Origin: Mustelus asterias
Taxonomy: Eukaryota
Length of the DNA stretch: 64,000 bases
Direction: 5' to 3'
NCBI RefSeq assembly: GCF_964213995.1
Contig: NC_135822.1
Coordinates: 7,936,001-8,000,000, forward strand
Shown: one piece after another, positions 24,360-37,334 of the stretch
Numbering within the stretch: position 1 is the stretch's first letter
Layout of the letters: every line of letters starts with the position of its first letter
Position numbers and translations under genes: made by a program
Notes under the pieces: model-generated
Database searches by the model: none
Told to the model about the DNA's origin: nothing
What the model saw: only the letters and a program-made list of their open reading frames with translations

Positions 24360-24702
24360 ATAGAACATAGAACATAGAAAAACTACAGCACAAACAGGCC
24401 CTTCGGCCTACAAGTTGCACCGGTCATGTCTCTACCTACCTAGGCTTATATATAGGCTTACTTGTAACCCTCAATCCTATTAAGTCCCATGTACTCATCC
24501 AGAAGTCTCTTAAAAGACCCTATCGAGTTTGCCTCCACCACCATTGACGGCAGCTGATTCCACTCACCCACCACCCTCTGAGTGAAAGACTTACCCTGAC
24601 ATCTCCTCTACCTACTCCCCAGCACCTTAAACCTGTGTCCTCTCGTAGCAGCCATTTCAGCCCTGGGAAAAAGCCTCTGAGAATCCACCCGATCTATACC
24701 TC
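24360..24702 (-). mobile_element. CR1 LINE 3' end
   Basis: GIDRVDSQRLFPRAEMAATRGHRFKVLGSR; (TTCTATG)n tail; same subfamily as 32872-33470. Confidence 0.92.
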
Positions 24703-25219
24703 CCAACTCAATCTGTGAAGTAATTTTTCCACTTGCACCAACTCTCTCTTTGTGTATAAACGCAAATTTAAAACTCAACCTGGTTCTGGATTTAAACTGC
24801 ATTTATCCTAACAGTAGATTAGTACTGAAAGTTGACCTTAAAAGTCGTAATTTTTAAGATCTCTTCATGTTCTTTACTCCAAAATAAAAGCAGATGATGC
24901 TGTAAATACACCTCTGTCTCATCAGCATCTGGAAAGGTAGATGTTTTGGGTGTAGATCCTGCTACAAAACAGGAAGCAGCTTTGACAAATGGTCTGTGCT
25001 TTTTCTGACCGTCTTTGTACTTAAGATGTTGACGGGCCAGCAATGTTAGTGTCATGGGATTTTCAGAATGTTCTGCCTTTTTAGAATTTAATCTCTCATG
25101 CATAATTTATGCTGCTCCATTCAGTGAGGGCATAGTTTAAGTTACTTTGTGTGAAATATTTGATCTATTGAACTCTCAAACCCCCTATTTCACAATGAAC
25201 ACAAGCAATAGAAACAACC

Positions 25220-25450
25220 AAATAAAAACAGAAAATGCTGGAAATACTCAGCGGATCCAGCAACATCTGTAGAGAGAAACACACACAGCTAGTGTTTTAG
25301 ATTGACGACCTTGCGCCTGGAAAGGGGTTGAGATGTAGCCAGGTTTTAAGCAAGTACAATAGACAGACAAAGGAGTTGTTGGGTTGGGAGGGAGGGTGGG
25401 GGGGGGGGAACAAAAGGAATAGCTCCTGTAATAGGATGGCAGACAGAGCA
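25220..25450 (-). mobile_element. Older Penelope-like family A pLTR/3' UTR
   Basis: aaaaacagaaaatgctggaaatactcagc...catctgtagagagaaac followed by a decayed hammerhead region. Confidence 0.7.
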
Positions 25451-27362
25451 GGTTGAGTCCAGCTACTCCAATTGGTAGCTTATCTAAGAAATTCTGGGAT
25501 GCTAAAATCAAATGGCACATAATCAAGAATATGCAATAACATTTCAATCTGTCCACATTGAAAAGCCCAGGAGGGTCTGTAGGAGTGGCACTCTGCATCT
25601 GATTCAATTGTGTTTTTTATTGGTGGATTATAGGTAGAATTGTAACATTAGCAATTTCACTGCCAAATGTGCCAATCGAAGCAAATTGCTCCCATAAATT
25701 GATGCATTTGTATTTCTTGGTTCCTTGTCTTTTATACCCAAGCGAAATCTGTTTGCATATTTATCTGCTGTAGAACTTTTGTATTGGATAAAAATTAGTC
25801 TCTTCATCTTTTTATTTCCATTTGTAGGAGTGCAGACTCTTGCTTCGCAGTAAGGAATTTTCACTAACTTGTTTCAATTTTTGTGTGTGATTTAAAGTCA
25901 TCAAGGTGAGAAATGATAGTGCTGTGATTTGGCTTCCAGTGCATGTTTTGATGAGCAAGTCTTTCTGTCAAGAGCCTCTTTTAAAAGCAAAATACTCGCA
26001 AGTAATTTTGAATTAATTTGAGAACCTCTCTTATTTTTTCTGACTATTTCTGTTTAAAGCAATTAGTGGATCTCCTGGGTATTGATCAGAGTGAGTTGGT
26101 GAATGCACTGTATAATGTGGATTTGTTAAGCACCAATGGCAGCTGTCCTGGCCAACTCTAGGGAGCCGACTACCAGACAACCGGGCAACCTTTTTTTAAA
26201 TTGAGAAACCTGGGGTAAGGGCGAATGATCCACACCGCTGGAAATCAAGACTGAAAAGGTTAGGGTAGAAGATGAGGCAATGAGAATAATTTGTTGGCAA
26301 ACCTGGCATTTTTAAATGTCAGATGTTGACGTTTGAGTGCCACAGTTTTAAGGATCTGGAACTGAATAAGTTAGAGCAGAAATAAATGACTGCAACATGG
26401 GCCAAGAAACCGGGAGTAGGGAGAGCATTTATAATACATTTAGAGCTTGGAGAAAAAAATAGCAATTTGAGACAAATAATGAACATAGCAATATTGACAA
26501 AATAGAGCTGTGAAAAGCTGTTTGACATTGGCACTAGATCAATGCCTATGTTGCTGGCTCCTCACCTTGTGCAGCTTGCGACATCCTCAAAATAGAATTA
26601 TTGAAGCTTGGTTGATGGAAATGGTTGCTAACTTTGGTCAATCTAGCAAATTTTCTTTGGGACAAAAATGGGAAATCCTTGAAATATTCAGTGGAAGATT
26701 AGTATCCGTGGTGAGTGCACAGACAAGTTAACCTTTTTGGTGTGAACTCGATATCGGGTGAAAACCTTTACAGGGTTGCTGTATTTTGCATGAATGTTGG
26801 ATGACCGAGCTAACTTAGCCCAGTAAGTACCAATCGAAAAGAAGGTCGGATGCTACTCACGAAGGGATTGTCCGTTAGGTGACTTTACTTTTCTCTAGCT
26901 ATCCTGTCCAGGGGAACAGAAAGTGTGAAGAGACTCCCCAACAATTGGAACAAAATTCCACCAGCTTTCTATAAAGTTAACAGTTGCTGAAGGTGGAGAT
27001 TGTTGGCACAAAAGGGAGATGCTTCGTGGAGTGAACATTCAGAGTTGAAGAGAATTGGGAAAGAGGCAGCAGGGAAGTCAATAATGTTAGTGGATGAAGA
27101 CCTCCGAGCAGAGCCATCAAAAGTAAAGAGGTGGCATCTGTTGCCTGGACTTGTAGGAGATATAAACTGCAAACTACTGAGACTCCAAATATAAGTGAAT
27201 ACTCTTTATTCAAATTATTACTGAAATGCAGATGCAACATTAGCGGAATAAGTTAAATTCCTGCAGGATTCTTCAGCTGTAAGGAAATGGGCATTTACAA
27301 AGAGAGAGATGGGGGCAGGGTGGAGAATCAAAATCGCCTTGATACAACCTTAATTCTTTTTA

Positions 27363-27509
27363 TAAAGGCAAAATACTGCGGATGCTGGAATCCAAAACAG
27401 AATGCTGGAAAATCTCAGAGCGCTGACCGGGGGTCATTCTGATTCAAAACGTTGGCTTTATTCTTGCTCCTGAGATGCTGTCAGACCTGCTGAGATTTTC
27501 CAGCGTTTT
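27363..27509. mobile_element. Penelope-like family A mini fold-back insertion
   Basis: Perfect 14-bp TSD cttaattcttttta (27349-27362, 27510-27523); inverted arms gctggaaaatctcag / ctgagattttccagc; decayed hammerhead ctgaccg-ggggtc-attct-gattc-aaaacgtt. Confidence 0.88.
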
Positions 27510-27537
27510 CTTAATTCTTTTTAACTGGTTCATGTTT

Positions 27538-28155
27538 TACATTGAATACAGGAGTTGGGACGTCTTGTTGAAGTTGTACAAGACATTGGTAAGGCCACAC
27601 TTGGAATACTGTGTGCAATTCTGGTCACCCTATTATAGAATGGATATTATTAAACTAGAAAGAGCGCAGAAAAGATTTACTAGGATGCTACCGGGACTTG
27701 ATGGATTGAGTTATAAGGAGAGGCCGAATAGACTGGGACTTTTTTCTCTGGAGCGTAGGAGGCTGAGGGGTGACCGTATAGAGGTCTATAAAATAATGAG
27801 GGGCATAGACAAGGTAGATAGTCAATATCTTTTCCCAAAGGTAGGGGAGTCTAAAACTAGAGGGCATAGGTTTAAGGTGAGAGGGGAGAGATACAAAAGT
27901 GTCCAGAGGGGCAATTTTTTCACAGAGGATGGTGAGTGTCTGGAACAAGCTGCCAGAGGGAGTAGTAGAGGCGGGTACAATTTTATCTTTTAAAAAGCAT
28001 TTAGACAGTTACATGGGTACGATGGGTATAGAGGGATATGGACCAAATGCGGGCAATTGGAATTAGCTTAGGGGTTTTTTGAAAAAAAAAAGGCGGCATG
28101 GACAAGTTGGGCTGAAGGGCCTGTTTCCGTGCTGTAAACCTCTATGACTCTATGA
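27538..28155 (+). mobile_element. CR1 LINE 3' fragment
   Basis: IEYRSWDVLLKLYKTLVRPHLEYCVQFWSP...TRGHRFKVRGER; (CTCTATGA)n-like tail. Confidence 0.94.
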
Positions 28156-28261
28156 CATTTTATCAAAGTAGACTTGATGGGGTGATTTTTTTTTAAATTT
28201 AGAAGTTCAGAGGAGGATCTTCTGCCTTCCCTGACTATGTGACTGAGATCCTGGTTCACAA

Positions 28262-28403
28262 GAACCTGATGCAAGGTCCTCGACATGAAACTTTGACTTG
28301 AACTTTAACTCTTTCTCTCTCCAAGGATGCTATAGAAGTGTTGAGTATTATTAGCCTTTTCTGTTTTTATTCTCCGTTTCCAGAACTGCAGTAATTTGCT
28401 TTC
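28262..28403 (+). mobile_element. Old Penelope-like family A pLTR with decayed hammerhead
   Basis: ctgatgc-aaggtc-ctc-gacat-gaaac ... ttttctgtttttatt...ctgcagtaatttgcttt. Confidence 0.65.
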
Positions 28404-28719
28404 AAAGGAGCACCCTCTACTTACATAAGCCAATCTTTTTGGCTGCTCTCGTTTTCGCGCAGTACCCTGTCCCAGGGTGTTTACAAAACCTTGTTTTGTA
28501 CTTTAAGCCCCTGAGATAAGACTATTCTGTCCTGAAGCTAATTTTCTATGAGTTGTGGCATTCTCTGTCCTTCATTTAAATGAAGATAGCCCAAAGTAGG
28601 TTTGTAGCTCAGCAGTATTCCATTGTGTACAGTTTATGCAGGATTCATCCATTGAAATATCTAAATCTTCAGATTTGCGTCATATTAATACTAAGTATTA
28701 TTAATGTTAATACTATTAA

Positions 28720-28974
28720 TGCTTCACAGCCAGGAACCTGGGTTCGATTCCCGGCTTGGGTCACTGTCTGTGTGGAGTCTGCACCTTCTCCCTGTGTCTG
28801 CGTGGGTTTCCTCTGGGTGCTCCAGTTTCCTCCCACAGTCTGAAAGGTGTGCTGGTTAGGTGCATTGACCCAGATAGGTGCCGGACTGTGACGATTAGGG
28901 GAATTTCATAGTAACTTCATTGCAGTGTAAATGTAAGCCTTACTTCTAACTAATAAATAAACTTCTTAAACTTT
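28720..28974 (+). mobile_element. V-SINE with Rex1-like tail
   Basis: B box gggttcgattcc, V domain and tail gtaacttcattgcagtgt...taataaataaactt. Confidence 0.88.
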
Positions 28975-29099
28975 GCTACTTGTTTAAAATCAGTGGTTAC
29001 ATTTTTATGTTGTTTTCATAAATAACTTTGGAGCAGTGTTCCATGATCAGGTTTTCCTCCGCTATCTTATTCTGAGTCATCTAAGTTCTGAGTACTGAT

Positions 29100-31560
29100 T
29101 GCATTTAATATATAAAGTAAAGGGGGGGGGGGCATTACAGTACAGAATGATCGTTATGTCACATAAACATACATAGAACATTACAGCGCAGTACAGGCCC
29201 TTTGGCTCGCGATGTTGCGCCGACCAGTGAAACCAATCTAAAACCCATCTAACCTACACTATTCCAATATCATCCATATATCATACAGAAAAGATCAATG
29301 AATATTCGTACAAATGATTCAAATTATCAATCATTGCAATTATTGTAGTTGTTGTCTCCTCCCATATGGATAAATAAAGGCTACCAGAAAGAGCGGGGGA
29401 TCTCAGGATAACAGGGTAAAACTGTGAGCACCTGGCCCCATGGCCCCATCCTCCTCCACAGGATAAGACATAGCTACACAATATACGGGATCCTTTGTGG
29501 GGTAATAAACAACCAACTGGGGCCTAACTATCCATCCCAGGACCTCCAGGTAATAAAGGGATAAACCAGAAAAAGGGGAATATCCTGGCATGTAACCAGG
29601 ATAATGCCATTGGTCCAAGGTGTGGTGTGTCAGCATGTACCCTCATACAGGAACCAACAAGCCAAGGATTTGTACACCTTGTCGAGGCTCACAACACAAC
29701 AAGCCTCTCTCCTCTCCAGCCACATCAAAGGCACTGATCAGGCTCCCCATCACCAAAGAATTTAAACCATATTTCACTAAGGAAACCATACTGACAAGGA
29801 GAAGAAGAATGTTATGACGCCCATCAACAGGGTATCTTGGGGAGAGATACGACCCCCTCCTTCCAATAAGATAAAGGGATTGACTATAACAAATAAGAAC
29901 CTATATTGACACCCACATACCCGGATAAAGAAATGAAGCTCCAAAGAGAGAGAGGCATCGGGATTATCCAATAGACATCAGACGTAGTATTTCAGTATGC
30001 ACTTCCACAGGAAGGATACCAGGAACAGACCAGCATAACCTCACAAGGAACGTGATACTGCACCACCAGCCCCCCCCCCCCCCCCCCCCCCCCGCCCCCC
30101 TCCTTTCATGAACCAAGTAATCAAGTAACCATTGCCACGATCCATGCAGCCAAATCAAAAGAGAAGTTCAACGTAACAAAGCCAGATATCCAAGAATTTG
30201 TCAACAATGCCTGGTCGTGAATCAAAACATTCCTCCACTCCACAACTCCAGAGGTGCCAACGACGAAAAAAAAAAGAACCTAGTCTTTTCCAGGATATGT
30301 GATATGTCTGTACTTTCTCAGGAAACGAGCAAGGATTCCTAAATCCCAGAATACTCCGAATCACAAAAAAAAACGTGACCCCAATAGTTCTAATGGGGGA
30401 TTCTCCTCACCAGCAACAAGGACTTATATGTCCATACCAACTAGCTCTGTACCAAACCAACTACCCACCACTCTGCTGTGGTGTTACTCATCCAAAAAAG
30501 TGAAGGGTCCAAAAGGTTGTACTTCCTCAGGGTAAATACAAGGATTACAGCACATGAAACAGAAAAGGTAAATACCGCATGACCCTCATGTCATAAAACC
30601 AACTCAGCATATTCCCCAATGGAAAGAAGGAGACCCACAAACAATTAAACTACGGCCTCCCTCGTTCCACTGTCGGAGCATGCCGGTGGATGAATGCCAT
30701 CAGAAAAACAAAATAAGCAATTCTGATTTTCACAATACAACAGGATGACTGGCAGCAAATGCCTCTGTGCTCCTATATCATACATCCACACTTGTCAGGA
30801 TAAAAGACAGAATCTCAAAATCAGGATTACAATCTCAAGGGAACAAAGTTCCGGATTAATGATGAATTGCAGGATAATGTAACCGTTCATGGAGCTTGAA
30901 AAGGCCAAAGCCATGACAGGATCATCGACCAATATCCAGGATTCACCCAGAGTTTCACTGAAACCTCTGCACCTCCAACATGTCATTGTCCCGAAGCCTC
31001 AGTAAAAAAGAAAGCCTAGGTCCTGGCAGGTGGCAAGGACCCAGAATGTCTGGCCTCTTCCAACCCTTCACGACAAACAGTTAAGGACAAGACAATGTAA
31101 GATCAGTGGTCGGAGTCTTCGACCAATCCCAAGTCTCGAAGAGCAGATGCAATGTGCTTCATTGAACTTGAGATACCCAGCCCTCAAATCAAGATTGTGA
31201 AAGCATGGAGACCAATTCTTAAATTTGGATGTGAATTCATCCTCAGAACCCCCTGGGAGACTGGGCGCTCGTGTACTCCTTGTCCGGCCCCATCTCTGAG
31301 TCAGCCAGGCTGTACGACATACAAGCAGCAGAATTTCCAAGGACTGAACGTGAGCCCCACCCACTGAGGAAACTATCCTGTCCATTGACAGGATTCTGTT
31401 CTCCACTTCAGACATTCTGTTTCGGGTATCTCACAGTTCATCAACGTGAGCACCAATATTCTGTGCCAGAGAGCCGAGACCGTCATCCACACCTTATAAT
31501 GATGGCCATCACCTTGATGTCAGCAGCATCACTGAAGCACGGGCCTGCTCACCAGCGAAA
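29100..31560 (-). mobile_element. Heavily decayed, internally deleted L1-clade LINE (ORF1 and ORF2 remnants)
   Basis: 31068-31415 minus (SLPGGSED.F...F.NW.P...KFNEAH.I...RRLRPLIL) resembles L1 ORF1p; scattered ORF2-like remnants follow. Confidence 0.6.
29163..29283 (-). mobile_element. CR1 3' tail fragment
   Basis: catagaacattacagcgcagtacaggccctttggc stem-loop tail. Confidence 0.8.
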
Positions 31561-31571
31561 CCACCACTGTG

Positions 31572-31839
31572 CGATTCTGGCCATGGGTCACTGTTTGTGT
31601 GGCGTTTACACATTCTTCCTGTATCTGCATGGGTTTCCTCCGGGTGCTCAGGTTTCCTTCCACAGTCCAAAGATGTGCAAGTTAGGTGGATTGGCCATGC
31701 TGAATTGACCCTAGTGTCAGGGACTTGGCAGGGTAAATATGTGGGGTTACCGGGATAGGGCCTGGGTGGGATTGTGGTCAGTGCAGACACGATGGGCTGA
31801 ATGACCTCCTTCTGCACTGTAGGATTCTATGTTCTATGA
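31572..31839 (+). mobile_element. HE1-like V-SINE (5'-truncated) with CR1-type tail
   Basis: V domain and gatgggctgaatgacctccttctgcactgtaggattctatg. Confidence 0.9.
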
Positions 31840-32444
31840 ACTGGGCCCACCCTGGCCGTCTCCGACTGCATCCATCATTCAAGGATTTTCTTGACTTAAC
31901 TCGGATCCCTTTTGCCAAAATTCAGCCAGAACCTTCCAGGAACATATATTATACATATCAGGATTGGATAATTATGGGTTGTGCATCTGAATAGAAAGAT
32001 GAGTAGTGCCAGAGCTTGCAAAAATGCAGCCTCTTCTGCGCTTACATCACATGACCTCTCGCTCAGTGAGATTTAATGTTTTGAGGCCGCAAACCACGAG
32101 TACTAGCTCGCTTCATTACTGGATCACTAGATGCATGCTATTTTTTCATGGCGAGACATGACTATTTTAAAGACCGAACTTTTGTTCTTGCATTTCTGTT
32201 GGAAGGTTAAATTGCCAATTTAGATTCTGGCAATAGTTTAAAATCATTCTGAAATGTTTTCCTGTTTGGTTCTCAAAGAGCCCATTATTTAGTCAAGAAC
32301 ACGCAAAGCTTGTGATTTTTTTGGAATCTGATGGTGTTACAGGCTCCATCAGCAGGTTAACTGTCCATTATTGACTTTGTTCTGTAATAAATAAGTTATG
32401 TATGTAGAATAGTAGAGCTTCCCTGATTATTCAGCAGAGTTATC

Positions 32445-32765
32445 CAGCGAGTTGCTGAGCTACACACGCGAGAAAGTTCTAGGTGTAAAAACCCCGGTCT
32501 CTGCTAATGTGGTTGATCTCAGCTGAGATATCGTGAAGGTGTTAAAAATTAGCCTCATCACCTCTGGTTTCAGCTGGGGGAACTTGATGTCTCTTATTTG
32601 TTCATTATCCAATGATACCTGAAGATGATGGAATTAGGATTAGGGGTGAAAACGTTGAAGGCTCATGAGCATAATAGTCACCCGGCTGAGCTAACAGAGG
32701 ACCACCCTTTGCCTGTGGAATCATGCTCCCGCAAGGTACCAATACCTATAGTAGAGGAAAGGGGT
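32445..32765 (+). mobile_element. Ancient tRNA-derived SINE, family unassigned
   Basis: Decayed head (gctgagctacaca...ccccggtctctgct...tgatctcagc); weakly similar segments near 13560-13740, 55890-56060 and 61945-62250. Confidence 0.45.
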
Positions 32766-32871
32766 GGAAAAAAAATGACCATAACAAAATGAAAAAGAAT
32801 GACGTATCTAGTCACTCCTATAAAGTGTAACAGTTGAGCGTTGCAAATGATTTGTACTACGAGAATACACT

Positions 32872-33470
32872 TAGAAACATAGAAAAACTACAGCACAAAG
32901 CAGGGCCTTTGGCCCCACAAGTTGTGCCAAACATCTCCCTACCTTCTAGGCCTACCTATAACCCTCCATCCTATTAAGTCCCATGTACTCATCCAGGAGT
33001 CTCTTAAAAGACCCTATTGAGTTTGCCTCCACCACCACTGACGGCAGCCGATTCCACTTGCCCACCACCCTCTGTGTGAAAAACTTCCCCCTAACATTTC
33101 CCCTGTACCTACCTACCCCCCAGCACCTTAAACCTGTGTCCTCTCGTAGCAGCCATTTCCACCCTGGGAAAAAGCCTCTGAGAGTCCACCCGACCTATGC
33201 CTCTCAACATCTTCTATACCTCTATTAGGTCTCCTCTCATCCTACGTCTCTCCAAGGAGAAAAGACCGAGCTCCCTCAGCCTATCCTCATAAGGCTTGCC
33301 TCTCAATCCAGGCAACATCCTTGTAAATCTCCTCTGCACCCTTTCAACCTTTTCCACATCCTTCCTGTAATGAGGCGACCAGAACTGAGCACAGTACTCC
33401 AAGTGGGGTCTGACGAGGGTCTTGTATAGCTGCATCGTTATCCCCGGACTCCTAAACTCAATCTCTCAAT
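32872..33470 (-). mobile_element. CR1 LINE 3' fragment
   Basis: MQLYKTLVRPHLEYCAQFWSPHYRKDVE...RRMRGDLIEV; short 3' UTR and microsatellite tail. Confidence 0.94.
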
Positions 33471-34794
33471 TCTTACATCTAATTGGAAGATTGAGATTTT
33501 TTTAATGGTGAAAGAGTTTATTTTGTACAAGTTGTATTTGAGAAAATGATACAAGGGGTATGAGTTGCTGGCAGGCTAATTTATAATGGTGTAGAAGTGG
33601 AGTACCTTGCACTGCATTATGACCTTTTTAACTGAAGGGATAAATTTCTAAAGGAGTTAAATTTGTTGTGCTTTTCATACTGGAAGTGCATTAGGCCTTG
33701 TGTATCTGTCGTCCTAACAGGATATCCTTGTTGACTGCCAGTTTATGGTTGATCATGCTTCAAATCAAGTTTATTATTTTTCTGAGAAATATGTGCATTT
33801 TCTGCATGATTTATCTTGTCAGTAGTGATTGTGTTGATTCTCATTAGTACGCGCAGTATTCCAGTGGACCTCATTATTTTCTTCTGATATCCAGCAGCTA
33901 TCCTCTTTTGTAACAGATTGGCTTGAGCCCAGGCCATTTAGATATACAGTAGGTATTATCAGGACCAGTCTATATCTTGTATGTTCAAACAAGATTGCAT
34001 GGTTTATGTTGAATAGTACACATTAGCAATAAAAAGTAATAAGCCGATGTTTGTCTGGAGCTTAACAAAGGATAATTCCTGAGTGGTGGTAGCTTTTCTA
34101 TCTTGTATGGTTCATAATTTCAGTATTAAATTATAAATGGCTAAATACGCAAATCCATTATGCTATATTTATTGGTAATGGAAATGCTTGGGTTGGATGT
34201 TCCGTATCAGCTTACTGGTGCTGCCTCTTCTTAAAAATCCACTAAAACTAAATGTCACCTTTTCTTGGCTAAAGTGGGATTTAGTTAATTATTGGAGAGA
34301 TGCATAATGTTCTTATTTTGTAATTCTGTTGTAACTAATACATTATTTTGAGAAGGAATGTAACATTAGACTGCTTGCACATTTCTTGGTAAGTTCAAGA
34401 GTTCTGCTGTGGTTATAGCTGAGGCATAACTCCATGTAAAGGAAAGATCACAAGGATACTAGGCTTAATTTGCATAAGTAGCTAAGCTACTTTACTGACT
34501 AGAGCCAGATATAACATAAAAGAAATGTGCTGTATCGTAAAGTTTTCAGTTAGCAGTAGTGCTGCTCTCCTTTATCTAAATGAAATGTAATGTTACTTAA
34601 ATTACTCTGCCCAAAACTTCTCATGATCTCAATTACTGACTTGATGAGCTATTCTCACGTTTAACTGTCACATTAATGCAAATCATACCAGGAAATGGGA
34701 AAAATTGGTGCCCCGTGCTGGGTAATGTAATAGGTTTATGAGTGCCTTCAGAAACTTACAGGCCGCAAAACTCGGTTACATAGCTCCTGTATTC

Positions 34795-34980
34795 CATCAA
34801 CAGCGCCTTCCAAACCTGCGACCACTACCACCTTGAAGGGCAAGGGCCGCAGATACATGGGAGCACCACTACCTGCAAGTTCCCACCAAAGCCACTTACC
34901 ATTCTGACATTGGTGTCGCTGGATGAAAATCCTGGAATTCCCTTTCTAACAGCACTGTGATTGCACCTACATGACATGAT
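34795..34980 (+). mobile_element. CR1/L2-group LINE ORF2 C-terminal fragment
   Basis: ccttccaaacc...gcaagggccgcagatacatgggagcaccactacctgcaagttccc...aaatcctggaattccct. Confidence 0.65.
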
Positions 34981-35174
34981 CCATGGAAGAATAGGATTTT
35001 GTTTTGCCTGTCAGTGGTTACGCCACAGGTTGATATGCACCAAGTACAGTTGCATGATCCACTGCCACTGGCTAGGTTATTGTGAGAAGGGACCGAATGC
35101 TTAAGTCTCTCCTGCCAGCATAAAGCCTCTACATCTCCAAGCAGCCAGACACTCTAAAGCCCTATTTATTGTTG

Positions 35175-35466
35175 TTTATTGATTATTAGTGTCACAAGTA
35201 GGCCTACATTAACACTGAAATGAAGTATCTGAAAATCCCCTAGTCGCCACATGCCGGCACCTGTTCGGACGCACTGAGGGAGAATTTAGCACGGCCAATG
35301 CACTTAACCAGCATGTCTTTCGGACTGTGGGAGGAAACCGGAGCACCTAGAGGAAGCCCACGCAGACACGGGGAGAACGTGCAGACTCCACACAGACAAT
35401 GACTCAGGCCGGGAATCGAACCCTGGCACTAAGGCAGCAGTGCTAACCACTGTGTCATGTGCCGCC
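35175..35466 (-). mobile_element. V-SINE with Rex1-like tail, near full length
   Basis: Head, V domain and tail all present. Confidence 0.9.
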
Positions 35467-36965
35467 CCTAGGCTGAACTGCAAGGAATCTCAGAAGAACC
35501 TTGACGCCTTGAAATACGATAAGCTGGCATACGTGCACACCCTGACATATGGGTCAAATAGAATCCACTGCTGTGTTGGTCTAGCTTGGGAGAATCAAAG
35601 GCATTGGAGTGGAATCCTATAGGTTGCTGCTGGTCTCTTTTAAGCTCGCACCTTCCAGCAAAATCTGCACCCGAGTGGGTTCCAGTTTTAGGTCCTCGTT
35701 TTTCTGGATTCAGTCCAAAAGGTTGAGAAGGGGTTGCAGATGTTGGGCGTGTCTATCTTCAAATCCTGCTTAGCCAAAAATAACACAAATGGGTAGGTGC
35801 TGTATTGGTACTAAAATGGTGTTCGCGTTGTGCATGCACACTTTGATGCAGGCTGCACTGGACACTATTTTGGGTAGGTTGTTATTGTGGATGTTGGGAG
35901 CATGTGCCATAAATATGCAACCCTACCAATGTGATGGAGGATAAATTGCTGGACTATGGTGAGACCCATTCAAGCCCCTTTGGAAACTGGTATCCCCAGC
36001 GGACACAGTAGCAGCTGTCTATGAGCCTGTGCAGCAACAAGTGAATCTCGCATGAATTTAGTCTGATCTTCCCTTGCAGCACTCTAATGTTGGGTTGCTT
36101 GTGCTGCAATGAAAACTCAGATATGGAGCTTCAGACACTGCATCCAGGTTGGACCCACAAGGAAGTTGTCCACTGGTCCCACGCTGGAAAGGATTGGTTG
36201 TAAGCTTTGTGCAAAACCATATACAAGGGTGGCGCCAGGCATTTTTATGCTTGTTAACAGTGACTGCAGGCTTTCTGGCAGGCCTGCCAATACACCAGGC
36301 ATTTCTGTGTACGTATACGTTTTCTGTTTACCACTGTACTGAAGTCCTCATCTGAGTACTCCAGCCATGTGCAACCTTGCGTGCTGCCAAGCTAACACCA
36401 ACCTGCTACTATTTCCATCATCCTGGATGTGTGGCCACCTGTGTCTTCCTGCTTGCAAATCCTGCCTAAGTTACCTTTCTGAAGCATGAGTTGGTGACTG
36501 TATGTATGACAGTGCATTGTCATCATGAGTCTCTTTTTATTCTTCCACTTCTTGCTGATCCAACCCTGCCTGACCAGCTTGTAGTCCTTGGTTACCTGAA
36601 AGGAGAACAGCACAAAGATGCATGCTTGGCTCACGTGAAACTTGTGAATCAGAAGGCATCGTGGAAAAGGGGGCATGTGAGAAGTAAGGTTAAGTCTGAG
36701 CATACCATCATCTTTCGTTTTGGCTTTACTGCTGGCCACAGCCTCAGTCATGGTCTGTTCCAATGATAGGAAACAATGTCTCCCCCATTGGGATAAGGAT
36801 ATGCAACTGTGCCTTTGCCTTGCTGTTTATGTATGGCTACTTGCAATTGTGTGCTATGTTGCCTTGTGAGAAAGAGAGAGACTTGTGTCAGTGAGTTTGA
36901 TGCAATCTGTTTGGATGATGTGGCTATCATTGTTGAATAGCTGGCAATTTGTGAAGGTCTGCAGT

Positions 36966-37068
36966 CAGAACTCTGACAAAGGGTCATCCAGACTTGAAAT
37001 GTTAGCTCTGTTCTCTCCCCACAGATGCTGTTAGACCTGCCGTGATTTTCCAACATTTTCTGTTTTTG
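36966..37068 (+). mobile_element. Penelope-like family A pLTR with hammerhead motif
   Basis: cagaact-CTGACAA-agggtc-atcca-gactt-GAAATGTT-agctctg; helix I pairs at 6 of 7 positions. Confidence 0.82.
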
Positions 37069-37334
37069 ATTCTTTTAAGCGGCGCAGGCTAGCTTTAATT
37101 TGTGCTGATCTTGCTCAATATTGAAGAGTTGAACCATCATCTACGTTAATTGCACCGCACAAGCCCTTTTTTTGGGCCATATTGTGTACATCACCCGCAT
37201 TTTATTCCAATAACTTATGTTTGCAAACAAAATGAGTATTTCCAACACTTCCTCTCCTTAATTCAGATTTCTAGCCTCCATCATATTTTTCCGTTGCAAC
37301 AATGTTCTTTTGTCTCATTTTGGAGTTCTTTCAC

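Noticed and set aside
26660-27340. Possible PLE N-terminal ORF or host exon
   Set aside because: Only 26660-26745 faintly resembles a family A pLTR; the rest could not be assigned.
35600-36950. Possible Harbinger remnant or host exons (ORFs 36117-36766)
   Set aside because: GC-richer and probably old transposon sequence, but I could find no diagnostic motif, termini or consistent exon structure.
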